Source of the DNA: an uncultured delta proteobacterium
GTDB lineage: Bacteria; Desulfobacterota; Binatia; UBA9968
Direction of reading: 5' to 3'
Assembly (NCBI GenBank): GCA_963816145.1
Contig: CAWFJP010000031.1
Location: 480,001-544,000, forward strand
DNA: 64,000 nt
Shown: one piece after another, positions 19,109 through 29,524 of the stretch
How the letters are laid out: the number at the start of each line of letters is the position of its first letter
Numbering within the stretch: the first letter of the stretch is position 1
Notes under the pieces: generated by a model
The model's input: only the letters and a program-made list of their open reading frames with translations
Database searches by the model: none
What the model was told of the DNA's origin: nothing
Made by a program: the position numbers and the translations under genes

Positions 19109-20263
19109 ATGAAACATAGTACCGAGCGGATTTTGGTCTCGCATGTCGGCAGTTTGGCGCGGCCCAAGGATTTGATGGAGATGTTAGTGGCGCGCAATGA
19201 TGGCAAACCATACGACAGCGTGGCGCTGGCGAAACGGCTGAGCGAGTCGGTCGCCGAGGTGGTGCAGAAGCAGATCGAATGCGGCATCGACGTGGTCAAC
19301 GATGGCGAAATGGGCAAATCGAATTTCTCCCGCTATACCAAAGAGCGCCTCGGCGGCGTCGTCGAACGCGCCGCGGCCCCCGACTTCAAGCCGACATCGA
19401 TCTTTGGCCGCGACATGAAGGAGTTCACCGAGTATTTCAACCGCGGCGGCCGAACTTCCATCGGCCATCATGCGCGGGTGTTTTATTGCGTCGAGCCGCT
19501 CAAGTATGTCGGCCAGGACGAGGTCAACGCCGATATCGCCAATTTGACAGCCGCGCTCCAAGGCAAGCAATACGCCGAAGGATTTCTCCCGGCCATCGCT
19601 CCCGGCACCATGGAGCACTGGATGAAGAACGAATTTTACAAAACCGCCGGAGAGTATCTTTTCGCCATCGCCACGGCGATGCGCGAAGAATACCAAGCGA
19701 TCGTCGGCGCCGGCTTTGTCTTGCAGATCGATGATCCCGATCTCGCCGACGCCTGGCAGATGCATCCGGAGATGAATTTGGCGGACTATCGCAAGTATCA
19801 GGAGCTGCGCATTGACGCGCTCAACCACGCGCTTAAGGACTTACCAGAAGATCGCATTCGCTTTCACATGTGCTGGGGCAGCTATCATGGGCCGCATAAG
19901 TACGATGTGCCGCTCAAGGACATCGCCGATCTGATTCTCAAAGTGAAAGCGAGCGCCTACTCTATCGAGGCGTCCAACCCCTGCCACGATCACGAGTGGC
20001 GTGTCTGGCAGGACGTGAAGTTGCCCGACGGCAAGATGCTCATGCCCGGCGTCATCGGCCACTACAGCGACTTCATCGAGCATCCGCGCGCCATCGCTGA
20101 CCGCTTGGTGCGTTACGCCAAGATCGTCGGTAAGGAAAACGTTATTGCCGGCACGGATTGCGGCATCGGCTCGCGGGTCGGTCATCCGCAAGTGGGCTGG
20201 GCGAAGTTTCAGGCGATGGCCGAAGGGGCGCGCATCGCGAGTAAAGAATTGTGGGGAAGATAG
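19109..20263 (+). CDS. Cobalamin-independent methionine synthase II family / epoxyalkane:CoM transferase-like protein
   Basis: SHVGSL.RP, NDGEMGK, LQIDDP, Zn ligands in HMCWG, E, and DCG; lacks the MetE N-terminal half. Confidence 0.88.
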   Translation: MKHSTERILVSHVGSLARPKDLMEMLVARNDGKPYDSVALAKRLSESVAEVVQKQIECGIDVVNDGEMGKSNFSRYTKERLGGVVERAAAPDFKPTSIFGRDMKEFTEYFNRGGRTSIGHHARVFYCVEPLKYVGQDEVNADIANLTAALQGKQYAEGFLPAIAPGTMEHWMKNEFYKTAGEYLFAIATAMREEYQAIVGAGFVLQIDDPDLADAWQMHPEMNLADYRKYQELRIDALNHALKDLPEDRIRFHMCWGSYHGPHKYDVPLKDIADLILKVKASAYSIEASNPCHDHEWRVWQDVKLPDGKMLMPGVIGHYSDFIEHPRAIADRLVRYAKIVGKENVIAGTDCGIGSRVGHPQVGWAKFQAMAEGARIASKELWGR

Positions 20264-20338
20264 ATAAGGATGAGGGATGAAGGCGGAAGGATGAAGCGCG
20301 CAGCGTTGCGGCGCTTCATCCGCCGTCGTTCGCTCAAC

Positions 20339-20908
20339 TTACTTCAAAGCTAGAACCTGGCGGCCATATTCTCGCACTAGAATTTCGCGATCTTCGGACG
20401 GCGGCAAATTGCGCAAACGGTCTTCAATCCGGCTCCGTTCGTCTTGTTTTAGTTCGTTCCAACGGTCGATTTCTTTCTTGAGCCGGTCGCGTTCCTCGAT
20501 GGTGAGAGGAGCGACGGGCGGCGCGGCAGTGGGGGTTTTAACCGCAGGAGGCTGCGCGCCTAGGACCACCGCGCTATGCGGCCGGCCGTCCTGATCGTAA
20601 ACCATTGCAAAGTTCTGATAGCCGATGGTCGAAATCAGCGAGCGAACCGCCGGTTCGAAGGGCTGACGATCAAGGCGCAGATTGACGGTTTTCGCATCTG
20701 TCGATGGCGGCACGACAATGGTGAACCCGGTTTTGGCGTGAAACGCATCGAGAGCGAATCGTACCGGCGTCTGATTGAAGGCAACGGAGACCTCGCCATT
20801 TTTGACATCGACCCAGTCCTGGTAAGGGTCGCCCTCGCCGCTTTGGGCGAAGGCCGAGGTCGTCGCTAACGGCGCCAACAGGATTGCCACTTTCAAAGTG
20901 TTCTTCAT
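20339..20908 (-). CDS. Exported hypothetical protein (secretin/TonB N-terminal-like region plus charged helical tail)
   Basis: Signal peptide MKNTLKVAILLAPLATTSAFA; V.F.QTPVRFAL...TG..IVV pattern; domain call is inference. Confidence 0.6.
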   Translation of the reverse strand: MKNTLKVAILLAPLATTSAFAQSGEGDPYQDWVDVKNGEVSVAFNQTPVRFALDAFHAKTGFTIVVPPSTDAKTVNLRLDRQPFEPAVRSLISTIGYQNFAMVYDQDGRPHSAVVLGAQPPAVKTPTAAPPVAPLTIEERDRLKKEIDRWNELKQDERSRIEDRLRNLPPSEDREILVREYGRQVLALK

Positions 20909-21112
20909 CGCTTTGTCCCCCGGTCGTTCTAGACGGTTATCAGCAACTACCATGCCTCGTCCGGAAGCTTCCTCGATTGCCAAAGAGTTCGTGGTATTGA
21001 CCAGGGTCATCCGTGAACTGGGCAATTTGCCGTGGAATAAAGGAACAAAGTTGTACCGGGCGACGCACTCGCTGTTCGAATCCATTCGCCCACGACCGCG
21101 GCGTGATGAAAG

Positions 21113-22327
21113 TTAATCGATGCTATGCGCTTTGCGCATGCTGGCGATGAGCGAGGTGCGCAGGAGAAACTCTCTGTGGCTTTTCGGATCCTCGGCAGTG
21201 GCGCGCAGCTCGTCGAAGCGCGCTTGGCGCGCCTTGGGTTCGCGCTCTTCGAGACGCTTCTTGTTTGCGATGGTTTGTTCTTGCACCGATTCGATGTTGC
21301 TGATGCGCCGCCGCCGCGAATAACGGTCGAGCAACGCATGGTCGGCTTGATGCTCGATAATCTCACGCAGGGTGTCGACCAGCTCCATGGCGTCGTGAAT
21401 GCCGCTATTCAAGCCGAGCCCGCCGACGGAGTTGTTAACATGGGCCGAATCCCCGGCCAGCATCACGCGTCCTTTGCGAAAAGTCGCGGCGACGCGCTGG
21501 TGCACTTTGTAGAGGTTGCGATGGACGACGTTGTAGCGCCGGTTCAAGGGATAAACGCGCTGCAATCGCGAGTAGGTCGATTCGTCGCCCAGCGCTTGCT
21601 CGTCGCTTTCCTCGACTTTGGTCGGAAACACCGCGCGCCAGCGCCCCTTGCCGTCGTCGCCGGCGACTTTGAATAGATTGGTCCATTCATCCGGATCGGC
21701 GAGATAGTTGCGATAACAGCAGCCATCGAGCAGTTGCTGAAAATCTTCCGTCGTCGTCAGCACGAGAAAATTTTCCGGCCAGGTGAACCCCTCGAACTCG
21801 ATCTCCAGGGCCTTGCGCACCGTGCTGCGCCCGCCGTCTGCGCCGATCACCCAATCGCCGCGAAACGATTCCAGGCCATTCGGCCCTTCGGCAACGACCG
21901 TGGCGCTGTCCGAGTCCTGAATGACGCCGATGACCCGGGTCGAGAAGCGCACCTCGACATCCGGAAAGGCTTTCAACCGCTCGATGCCCATGCGCGCGAG
22001 CTTGTGCTGTTCGGTCTGAACGACAAATGGATAGGCAGTCTCGTCGCGCAATAGCTCGTGGTCGAACTGAACGATTTGAGTCCGCGTCGGCTTGTCCCAA
22101 AACTGAAAATAGCGCGCCACCAGCCCTTCCTTGATGAACTGATCGATCAGTCCGACCCGCGCGATTATCTCCAACGTCGACGGATGGGTGGTCGCCGCCC
22201 GCGGGTTGTCGTCGACGACCGAATCGGCTTCGAGCAAAGTGACGGCGTAGCCGCACTGCGCCAGCGCGAGGGCGGAGACCACGCCGACCGGTCCAGCGCC
22301 GCCGATGATGATGCGGGTTTGAGACAT
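21113..22327 (-). CDS. FAD-dependent monooxygenase (PheA/MhpA-like aromatic hydroxylase family)
   Basis: IGGAGPVG, IGADGGRSTVR, LAGDSAH...GGLGLNSGIHDA. Confidence 0.92.
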   Translation of the reverse strand: MSQTRIIIGGAGPVGVVSALALAQCGYAVTLLEADSVVDDNPRAATTHPSTLEIIARVGLIDQFIKEGLVARYFQFWDKPTRTQIVQFDHELLRDETAYPFVVQTEQHKLARMGIERLKAFPDVEVRFSTRVIGVIQDSDSATVVAEGPNGLESFRGDWVIGADGGRSTVRKALEIEFEGFTWPENFLVLTTTEDFQQLLDGCCYRNYLADPDEWTNLFKVAGDDGKGRWRAVFPTKVEESDEQALGDESTYSRLQRVYPLNRRYNVVHRNLYKVHQRVAATFRKGRVMLAGDSAHVNNSVGGLGLNSGIHDAMELVDTLREIIEHQADHALLDRYSRRRRISNIESVQEQTIANKKRLEEREPKARQARFDELRATAEDPKSHREFLLRTSLIASMRKAHSID

Positions 22328-22429
22328 GGTTACGATACCCAAAGAATTATGTTGCGAATAATCTTTAGCTTGAAGTTGGTTGCTCACTCAAGAGATAACG
22401 ACTGGCAATGTTCGCTGTCCTTGGAAATG

Positions 22430-22463
22430 AAAAGGCCCGGTCGATGTGACCCGGGCCGATTTT
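22430..22463 (-). terminator. Probable intrinsic terminator
   Basis: AAAAAGGCCCGG...CCGGGCC hairpin downstream of the dehydrogenase. Confidence 0.6.
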
Positions 22464-22490
22464 GCGTTGCTAAAAAAGTTGTTGAAAGGG

Positions 22491-23516
22491 TTACACCCCG
22501 CCAAAGCCCTCATCCTGCGCTTCAGCCAATAACCACGGATCTTTGATTTCCGTCGTTGGGCCTCTACCGCTTAATACGCCGACGACTTCCCGCGCTGCGT
22601 GGCTTTGGCAGTCGACGTACGACTCGTCGGAGTTGGCCGACGTGTGGCAGGTAACGATGACGTTCGGTAATGTCAGGATTTTGTGGTCGGCGGGCAGTGG
22701 TTCGGGGTCGGTGACGTCTAGGGCTGCCCCGGAGAGTTCACCGGTAACCAAGGCGTCATATAGTGCGTCAGTGTCGACCAAGCCGCCGCGGGCGCAATTG
22801 ATAAGGTAGGCGCTCTTTTTCATCATCTTGAATTGCGGCATGCCGAACATGTGGCGGGTTTGTTTGGTCAGCGGCGCATGGACACTGATGAAGTCGGAGG
22901 TTTTCACCAACTCATCGAAGGAGACCATCTTCACATTCATCTGCTCGGCGACCTTCGGATCGAGATAGGGATCGAAGGTTTGCACGTTCAAGCGCATGCC
23001 CTGGGCGCGCGGCGCGACCTGCTTGCCGACATGGCCCAAGCCGACGATGCCCATGGTGCAACCTTGGATTCGATAAACTCTACCGCGGTAGGCGTGCAGT
23101 TCCGCTGTATGGCGCTTCCACTTGCCGTCGTGGACATATTGGTTCATGCGCATGAGCTTGCGCGAGATCGCGATCATCAGCCCAATGGCCTGCTCCGAGA
23201 CTTCGATGGAGTTACATCCGGCGGCGTTGCAAATGATCAAACCATATTCTTTGGCGGCGGCGAGATCCATGCGGTCGACGCCGACGCCGGTGCGGGCGAC
23301 GACTTTGACCCGTTTCATTTTACTGATGGTATCCCGCGACAGCGGCACTGAGCCGTGCATGATGATGCCGTCGGCATCTTTAGACATTTCGACCACGTCG
23401 GCCTCGGTGACCGGGCGGCGGATAGTCATGTCGGCGTCGATTTCTTTCAGAATCGGCTTGAGTAGATCGACCGGCACATCGTTGCTGCCAAAATAAACTA
23501 CGTGAAACTTACCCAT
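22491..23516 (-). CDS. D-isomer 2-hydroxyacid dehydrogenase (CtBP/SerA-like)
   Basis: GIVGLGHVG, LINCARGG, AALDVTDPEP, VTCH. Confidence 0.92.
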   Translation of the reverse strand: MGKFHVVYFGSNDVPVDLLKPILKEIDADMTIRRPVTEADVVEMSKDADGIIMHGSVPLSRDTISKMKRVKVVARTGVGVDRMDLAAAKEYGLIICNAAGCNSIEVSEQAIGLMIAISRKLMRMNQYVHDGKWKRHTAELHAYRGRVYRIQGCTMGIVGLGHVGKQVAPRAQGMRLNVQTFDPYLDPKVAEQMNVKMVSFDELVKTSDFISVHAPLTKQTRHMFGMPQFKMMKKSAYLINCARGGLVDTDALYDALVTGELSGAALDVTDPEPLPADHKILTLPNVIVTCHTSANSDESYVDCQSHAAREVVGVLSGRGPTTEIKDPWLLAEAQDEGFGGV

Positions 23517-23521
23517 GTGAA

Positions 23522-24655
23522 TTAAACCTCCAGTCCGTAAAAGCGCTTCGGATTGTCCCATAAAATTTTCCGGCGCGCTTCTTGTGAGAGATGATCATTC
23601 TTCGTGAGATCGCCGACGGTGCGATCGGGAAACTTGCCGATGCAGTCGCTATGCGGATAGTCGGTGGCGACCAGCAGATAATCTTCGCCGACATGCTCGA
23701 CGAAGACCGACGCCAACTCTTCGCCGGCTTCGGCGCTGGCCCAGCATTGGCGCTTGAAATAAAAGCTCGGTTTTTCTTTGGTCGTCTTGGCCTGGCCGTG
23801 GCCTTCGTGTTCCCAGTGCTCGTCCATGCGCTCCAACCAGAACGGCACCCAGCCGCAGCCCGACTCCAAATGGGCGACTTTGAGTTTGGGAAACCGTTCC
23901 AACACGCCGTCGGCGCAGAGGTTCAAACAGGCGAGCATTTGCTCCAACGGATGGCAGGCGATATGGCGGCCGAATTCACTGTAGCGGTCCGAGCCGGCTT
24001 GCGCCAGCACGGTGCGCGCGCCTTCGTGCACGCAGACGGTCATGCCGAGGTCGGCGGCGGTTTCGTAGATCGGATAATAATCCGGACTCGACATGGTCCG
24101 GCCGCAGATCTTGTTGGGTCGCCAGAAGATTCCGACCAGCCCGAGTTTCTTGGCGTGTTTCAATTCTTCCACCGCGCGAGCGGGATCCTGCAACGGCAGC
24201 AAGGCGACGCCGTAGAGCCGCTTGTTGCTGACGCTGCAATAGTCCGACATCCAGGTGTTGTAGGCGCGGCAGATTGCGGCGGAAAGCTCGGGATCCAAAT
24301 TATCGCGCCACATGATGTAGAGGCCGACGGTGGGGAAGAGCACGCCGAGATCGACGCCTTCTTTATCCATATCGCGAACGTTGGACGCGCTATCGAACTT
24401 CGAAGCCAGGGCGTCGGCGAAGGTCTCGCGCCATTTTTTCGAGGCGGCGAAAGTAAAGCCGAAGTCTTCTTGTTTCGTCGCGTCGCGCAACCGGTCGGCG
24501 TCGGAAATCAGCTCGCCATCGACGCGCCGGTAGGATTGATTGGGCCCTTTGATTTCGACCCGGCTGCGGAATTTCTCGGGTAAATATTTGGCAAATAGAT
24601 CCGACGGCTCGAGCACATGGCGGTCGGCGTCGATGACCTTGAATCCATCTCTCAT
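23522..24655 (-). CDS. Amidohydrolase-2 family protein
   Basis: VIDADRHVLEP, CVHEG, LESG.GW.PFW, ATDYPH. Confidence 0.9.
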   Translation of the reverse strand: MRDGFKVIDADRHVLEPSDLFAKYLPEKFRSRVEIKGPNQSYRRVDGELISDADRLRDATKQEDFGFTFAASKKWRETFADALASKFDSASNVRDMDKEGVDLGVLFPTVGLYIMWRDNLDPELSAAICRAYNTWMSDYCSVSNKRLYGVALLPLQDPARAVEELKHAKKLGLVGIFWRPNKICGRTMSSPDYYPIYETAADLGMTVCVHEGARTVLAQAGSDRYSEFGRHIACHPLEQMLACLNLCADGVLERFPKLKVAHLESGCGWVPFWLERMDEHWEHEGHGQAKTTKEKPSFYFKRQCWASAEAGEELASVFVEHVGEDYLLVATDYPHSDCIGKFPDRTVGDLTKNDHLSQEARRKILWDNPKRFYGLEV

Positions 24656-24888
24656 GATTTGGCTCCTTTCGAATAACCTACGCGAGTCGCGGGACTGATG
24701 AAAAACTTGAACGTCCATAAATAGGCTGAGTTGGCAGAGGGAGTCAACAGCAGGAAGGCGTGAGGCTTGAGGCGCGAGTAAGAGAACGGGGAGTCAGGAG
24801 TCAGGAGTTCGGACAGCTGCTTTCTTCGCCATCCAGTTTTACTGCATAGACGGAGCACGCGCAGTCGTAGTAGATTGGCGCGCAAGTT

Positions 24889-26577
24889 ATGAATGTTCGG
24901 CGCGCGCGGCTGGTTACCGGGCTCATCTTACTTACCTATCTGTCGACCCACTTGCTCAACCATGCGCTCGGGTTGATTTCGCTGGCGGCGATGGAGTGGG
25001 GGCGCTGGTGGTTTTTGCTTTTGTGGCGCAATCCGGTCGGTACCGTGGTGCTGTACAGCGCGTTGCTGACCCATCTGTGTCTGGCGATCTGGGCGCTGTA
25101 CCAGCGGCGCCACTGGCGCATGCCGGTGAGCGAGATGCTGCAATTGGTTTTCGGTCTGACGATTCCGCTGTTGTTGACGATCCACATCGTCGGCACCCGG
25201 CTGACGCATGAGTACTTTGGTGTCGACGACTCCTACACGCTGATGGTTTTGACGCTTTGGCATGCCTCGCCGATGGACGGCTTGCGCCAGGCGACCCTCA
25301 TTCTCATCGCCTGGACCCATGGCTGCATCGGCTGTCATTTTTGGCTGCGACTGAAGAAATGGTATCCGCGGGTCGCACCGTACTTTCTTGCCTTGGCGCT
25401 GCTCCTACCGGTGTGCGGTCTATTGGGTTTCGTTAATGGCGGTCGCGAAGTTTCTAACCTGATCGCGCGCGAACCGAATTGGCTGGAAAGTTTTCTCACC
25501 GCTGCCAGAGTCCCACCGCGCAGTCAAAGGGAGGTTTTGTACCAGATTTATGACGGAGTCTTGATCACCTTCGGCGCGGCGATTGTCTTGGCGCTGCTGG
25601 CCCGGGTTGCGCGCAGCTTGGTCGAGCGGCGCAGCCGCATCCGCATAACCTATCCGAGCGGCCGCGTGGTCCAGGTGCCGCGCAATTTTACCATCCTCGA
25701 AGCGAGCCGATTGGCGGACATCCCCCATGCTTCGGTATGCGGCGGGCGCGGCCGTTGCTCGACCTGCCGCGTGCGCGTGTCCCATGGGGCAGCCAGTTTA
25801 CCGCCGCCAAATGCCGGCGAGTTAAGAGTATTGCAGCGTGTCGGCGCCGCACCCAACGTCAGACTCGCCTGCCAGCTCCGGCCGACGGCTAATCTTGCCG
25901 TGACGCCGCTGCTCCCGGCCAACGCGCAGGCATGCGATGGCTACGGCCAACCAGCCTACCTTACCGGCCAGGAGCGGATGATCGTCGTGATGTTCGCCGA
26001 TATCCGCTCGTTCACCGGCATCGCCGAAACCAAGCTGCCGTACGATTTGGTATTTTTTCTCAATAGCTATTTCGAATCGGTCGGTGCCGCGATCGTTTCG
26101 AGCGGCGGCATGATCGATAAATTCGTCGGTGATGGTGTGATGGCGCTATTCGGCGTCGACAACGGCCCCGAAGAAGGTTGTCGCCAAGCGCTTGCCGCCG
26201 CCCAGGCGATGATCGAGCGCGTCGACGGCTTGAGCCGCGCCCTGTCCGAGGAGTTGAGCGCGCCGCTGCGAATCGGTATCGGCGTGCACTGCGGACCGGC
26301 GGTGGTCGGACGAATGGGCTACGGCGAGTCGATTCATGTCACCGCCATCGGCGACACGGTCAACGTCGCCAGCCGGTTACAAGACGCAACCAAGGAATTT
26401 CACTGTCAGTTGGTGTTCTCGGCAGAAGTCGCTAAGCAGTCTGGACTCAACACTGCCGGTCTGCCGCGTCACGATTTGACCGTGCGCAATCGGCGCGAGA
26501 CACTGACAATCTTCGCCATCGAAGATGTCGCTGAGTTAGCGACCCAGGCCAAATCGACGATCATTGGCAATGCCTGA
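24889..26577 (+). CDS. Membrane adenylate/guanylate cyclase with His-containing TM region and 2Fe-2S ferredoxin domain (CyaC-like)
   Basis: TM helices with His (THLLNH, THL, IHI, WTHG..GCH); CGGRGRCSTC...RLACQ; FADIRSFT, IDKFVGDG, GDTVNVASRL. Confidence 0.9.
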   Translation: MNVRRARLVTGLILLTYLSTHLLNHALGLISLAAMEWGRWWFLLLWRNPVGTVVLYSALLTHLCLAIWALYQRRHWRMPVSEMLQLVFGLTIPLLLTIHIVGTRLTHEYFGVDDSYTLMVLTLWHASPMDGLRQATLILIAWTHGCIGCHFWLRLKKWYPRVAPYFLALALLLPVCGLLGFVNGGREVSNLIAREPNWLESFLTAARVPPRSQREVLYQIYDGVLITFGAAIVLALLARVARSLVERRSRIRITYPSGRVVQVPRNFTILEASRLADIPHASVCGGRGRCSTCRVRVSHGAASLPPPNAGELRVLQRVGAAPNVRLACQLRPTANLAVTPLLPANAQACDGYGQPAYLTGQERMIVVMFADIRSFTGIAETKLPYDLVFFLNSYFESVGAAIVSSGGMIDKFVGDGVMALFGVDNGPEEGCRQALAAAQAMIERVDGLSRALSEELSAPLRIGIGVHCGPAVVGRMGYGESIHVTAIGDTVNVASRLQDATKEFHCQLVFSAEVAKQSGLNTAGLPRHDLTVRNRRETLTIFAIEDVAELATQAKSTIIGNA

Positions 26578-26622
26578 GTCGTGGTTCGCTCGGCGATGCA
26601 CAGATTTACGCATCCCCGTACA

Positions 26623-27201
26623 TCAGAGTTTGGTTCCCGGCGGCGCGAGACCCGCAGTTGTTTCGCCAAGCACCGCGCCATGCTCGATGCCGAGGGTTTT
26701 GATCCAGCGCTGTTGGCCCAGGGTGAGGCCAATGAAAAAACCGAGCTCGACCAATTCGGGAATCGAAAAGTACTGATGCAATTTCGCCCACAGCGCGTCG
26801 TCGGCGATGTCTGAGTTCCAGGCGATCGCGCTGGTGTAAACCAGGGCGGCTTTTTCCCGCTCGGTGAATTTGTCCGAATCGGCGAAGTTGAGCAGCTCGT
26901 CATATTTCGCTTCGGTGAGTCCTTGCCGTCCAGCCTGGACGGAACGTTGCACACCTCAATATTCGCAATCGATCGACCTGGAAACGTAGACCCGGCACAG
27001 CTCTTTCAACGCGTGGTCGACCACGCCGTTACGGAACGTCAGCTCCCACGCCTGCGAGAACGCGCGGATGACCTCGGGAACATGGGCTCGCACGGCCTGA
27101 CTTTCAGGGCGCGGCGTGCCTTCGAGGCGAGCGCGTTCCAGATAGCCTTTGATCTCGGGGTCGGTGACTGTATCGGGGTCGATGTAGGGAATGTGCGGCA
27201 T
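26623..27201 (-). CDS. AhpD/carboxymuconolactone decarboxylase-like selenoprotein (CxxU), UGA at 26956-26958 read as Sec
   Basis: Track ORFs 26956-27207 and 26623-26952 are in frame: ...LKELCRVYVSRSIDCEY-TGA-GVQRS...FTEREKAAL..; hairpin follows the UGA. Confidence 0.88.
26926..26942 (-). promoter_or_regulatory. Candidate bacterial SECIS element
   Basis: mRNA CCGUCCA-GGC-UGGACGG, 13 nt after the in-frame UGA. Confidence 0.75.
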
Positions 27202-27258
27202 AGACACCTCCGAAGATTGCTGATTTTCCCGGTGGTCAGTGGTTTTTGAAAGTGGCCT

Positions 27259-27747
27259 CTACGATGATTGGCTTGCCCAGTCAGTTAGGATCTGATTGAG
27301 CTGCGCGCGGATCTCTACTTCGCTTTTGGTCAAGTCCATCGGCTTGCCGAACGGTTGCGGCACGTCGACGCCGCTGGGCCAGTAGACTTCCACCGAATTG
27401 CCGTCGGGATCGTTGGCGTAGATGCTGACCGTGTTGCCATGGCTGACGACGCGGTTGATCGGCACATTCTTGTCGACGAACAGCTGGTAGAAATCCTTGA
27501 CGTCTTTGAGCGTCGGACAGCGGAAGGAAATCTGCTGTAAAACGTTGACTTGGCCATCGTCGTTGCGTCCCGGCGCGAGATAAAGCTCGTGGTGCTCGAC
27601 GCTGCGATCTTGGCTGGTCATGAACACGGCGCCGCGCGGACTGCGGTCGCTGACGGTCAAGCCAAGAACGTCGCGGTAGAACGCCACCGAGCGTTCGATG
27701 TCGCGCACGTAGAACCCCATATGTCCGAGTGATGTGACTTTAGGCAT
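27259..27747 (-). CDS. VOC/glyoxalase family protein
   Basis: LGHMGFYVRDIERSVAFYRDVLG; HHEL; SIYANDPDGNSVEVY. Confidence 0.9.
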   Translation of the reverse strand: MPKVTSLGHMGFYVRDIERSVAFYRDVLGLTVSDRSPRGAVFMTSQDRSVEHHELYLAPGRNDDGQVNVLQQISFRCPTLKDVKDFYQLFVDKNVPINRVVSHGNTVSIYANDPDGNSVEVYWPSGVDVPQPFGKPMDLTKSEVEIRAQLNQILTDWASQSS

Positions 27748-27886
27748 AAAGTTCTCCTTCGCTGGCGCGGATTGTTAAATGGCGGTGCCGATGATGTCAA
27801 TGGTTGGCTTTAAAGACGTGATCGTGTTCGTGCGCGGTTTCATCGGCAACGCTGCGGTGATCGCGGCTACTCAAAGCAGTAAGAAG

Positions 27887-29524
27887 CTACTTGCGTCGCA
27901 GTTGGCGCATGAGTTTGCCGCCGATGGCGTCAATGGCTTCTGGTAATTCGTCCACTTGCAGCAAGCGGCAGACGAGATAGAAGGTCGCGCCGGCGAGGAT
28001 GATCGCAATGACAACTCGGCTGAATTTCAATGCAAGTCCATGGGCGGGCAATGCGCCGGCGCTTTCATTGACGAGCCATGCGACGACAGCGAGAGCCGCA
28101 GAGGCCAGCGCGATTTTCAATGCGGTGATGGCGAGCTGGCGGCCGCCCAATAATCCAAGCCGGCGGCGCATGAACAGCGCGAGCAAGAGGAAATTGACCA
28201 GCGCCACGGCTGAGGTGGAGAACGCTAAACCGACATGGCCGAAGGGGCCGACCAACAGCGAATTCATCAGGTAATTCACGGCAATCGATCCCAAGCTGAT
28301 CACCATCGGCGTGCGCGCATCGTTGAGCGCATAGAACGCCGGCGACAACACCTTGATGGCGCCGTAACCGGCCAAACCGATGGCGTAGGCCGCCAGGGCG
28401 TTGGCTGTCTGGACGGTGTCGAAAGCGGTGAACTTGCCATGCTCGAAGACCAGGGCGACGATGGGTTTGCCCAACACTGCCAAACCGACCGCTGATGGAA
28501 TGCACAGAAGAAACACCAGCGCCAGCGAGTGAGCCAGGGTCTGGCGAAATTCGCTGTAATCGGGATTGGCCGTGCTGCGCGACAGCGTCGGCAAGGTGGC
28601 GGTGGCGATGGCGACGCCGAATACGCCGATGGGAAACTGCATGAAGCGGAACGCGTAGTTGAGCCAGGATACCGGGCCGTTGGCGATGGCTCCCGTCGCA
28701 GGGTCAATGATCGCCGAGGCAAAATTGGTATTCACGAAGACGTTGATTTGCACTGCGGCGGCGCCGATGATCGCCGGACCCATGAGGCGAATAATCTGCC
28801 GCACGCCGGGGTCGGTGAAACTGAGCATCGGCCGATAGCGGAAGCCGGCGCGGCGTAAACTGGGCCATTGCACGGCAAATTGCAAAAAACCGCCGACCAA
28901 AGTGCCAACCGCCATGCCTTCGATGGGACTGAGGCCGAGATAGGCCCCGGCTAAGAAACCCAAAAACAGACCGGCCAGGATGGACCCTAGATTAAAGAAA
29001 ACCGGGGCGATGGCGGGAATGGCAAAGTTATTGCGCGCGTTTAAGATTCCCATCGCCTTGGCGGCGAGCGCTATCAGCAGGAGAAATGGAATCATGATCC
29101 GGGTCAGCTGAATCGTTAATTCGGCCTTGCCGGAGACATCGAAAAAGCCGGGCGCCAGCAAATAGACGATGGACGGCGTAAAGATCCAGCCGACGATGCA
29201 AATTAGACTCAGCACGATGATTAAAAGCGTGGCGACGCGGTTCGACAGGCGGAACGCTTCCTGTTCCCCTTTGATCTGCTGCACCTGGGTGAAGGTAGTG
29301 ACAAATGCTGCGGACAGTGCGCCCTCGGCGAACAGGTCGCGCAAAAGGTTGGGAATGCGAAAGGCGGTGAGAAAGGCGTCGTACTGCAGCCCGGCGCCGA
29401 ACAGGACGGCGAAAACTTGATCGCGCACCAGGCCGAGCACCCGGCTCGCCATCACGGCGAGGCTGACGATGCCGGCGTTGCGCGCGACGTTGGCGCGGGA
29501 TTGTTGGGCGGACTCTTTTTCCAT
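27887..29524 (-). CDS. murJ: Lipid II flippase MurJ (MviN)
   Basis: SRVLGLVRD, AFRIPNLLRDLFAEGALSAAF, YAFRFMQFPIG, FYALNDARTP. Confidence 0.95.
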   Translation of the reverse strand: MEKESAQQSRANVARNAGIVSLAVMASRVLGLVRDQVFAVLFGAGLQYDAFLTAFRIPNLLRDLFAEGALSAAFVTTFTQVQQIKGEQEAFRLSNRVATLLIIVLSLICIVGWIFTPSIVYLLAPGFFDVSGKAELTIQLTRIMIPFLLLIALAAKAMGILNARNNFAIPAIAPVFFNLGSILAGLFLGFLAGAYLGLSPIEGMAVGTLVGGFLQFAVQWPSLRRAGFRYRPMLSFTDPGVRQIIRLMGPAIIGAAAVQINVFVNTNFASAIIDPATGAIANGPVSWLNYAFRFMQFPIGVFGVAIATATLPTLSRSTANPDYSEFRQTLAHSLALVFLLCIPSAVGLAVLGKPIVALVFEHGKFTAFDTVQTANALAAYAIGLAGYGAIKVLSPAFYALNDARTPMVISLGSIAVNYLMNSLLVGPFGHVGLAFSTSAVALVNFLLLALFMRRRLGLLGGRQLAITALKIALASAALAVVAWLVNESAGALPAHGLALKFSRVVIAIILAGATFYLVCRLLQVDELPEAIDAIGGKLMRQLRRK

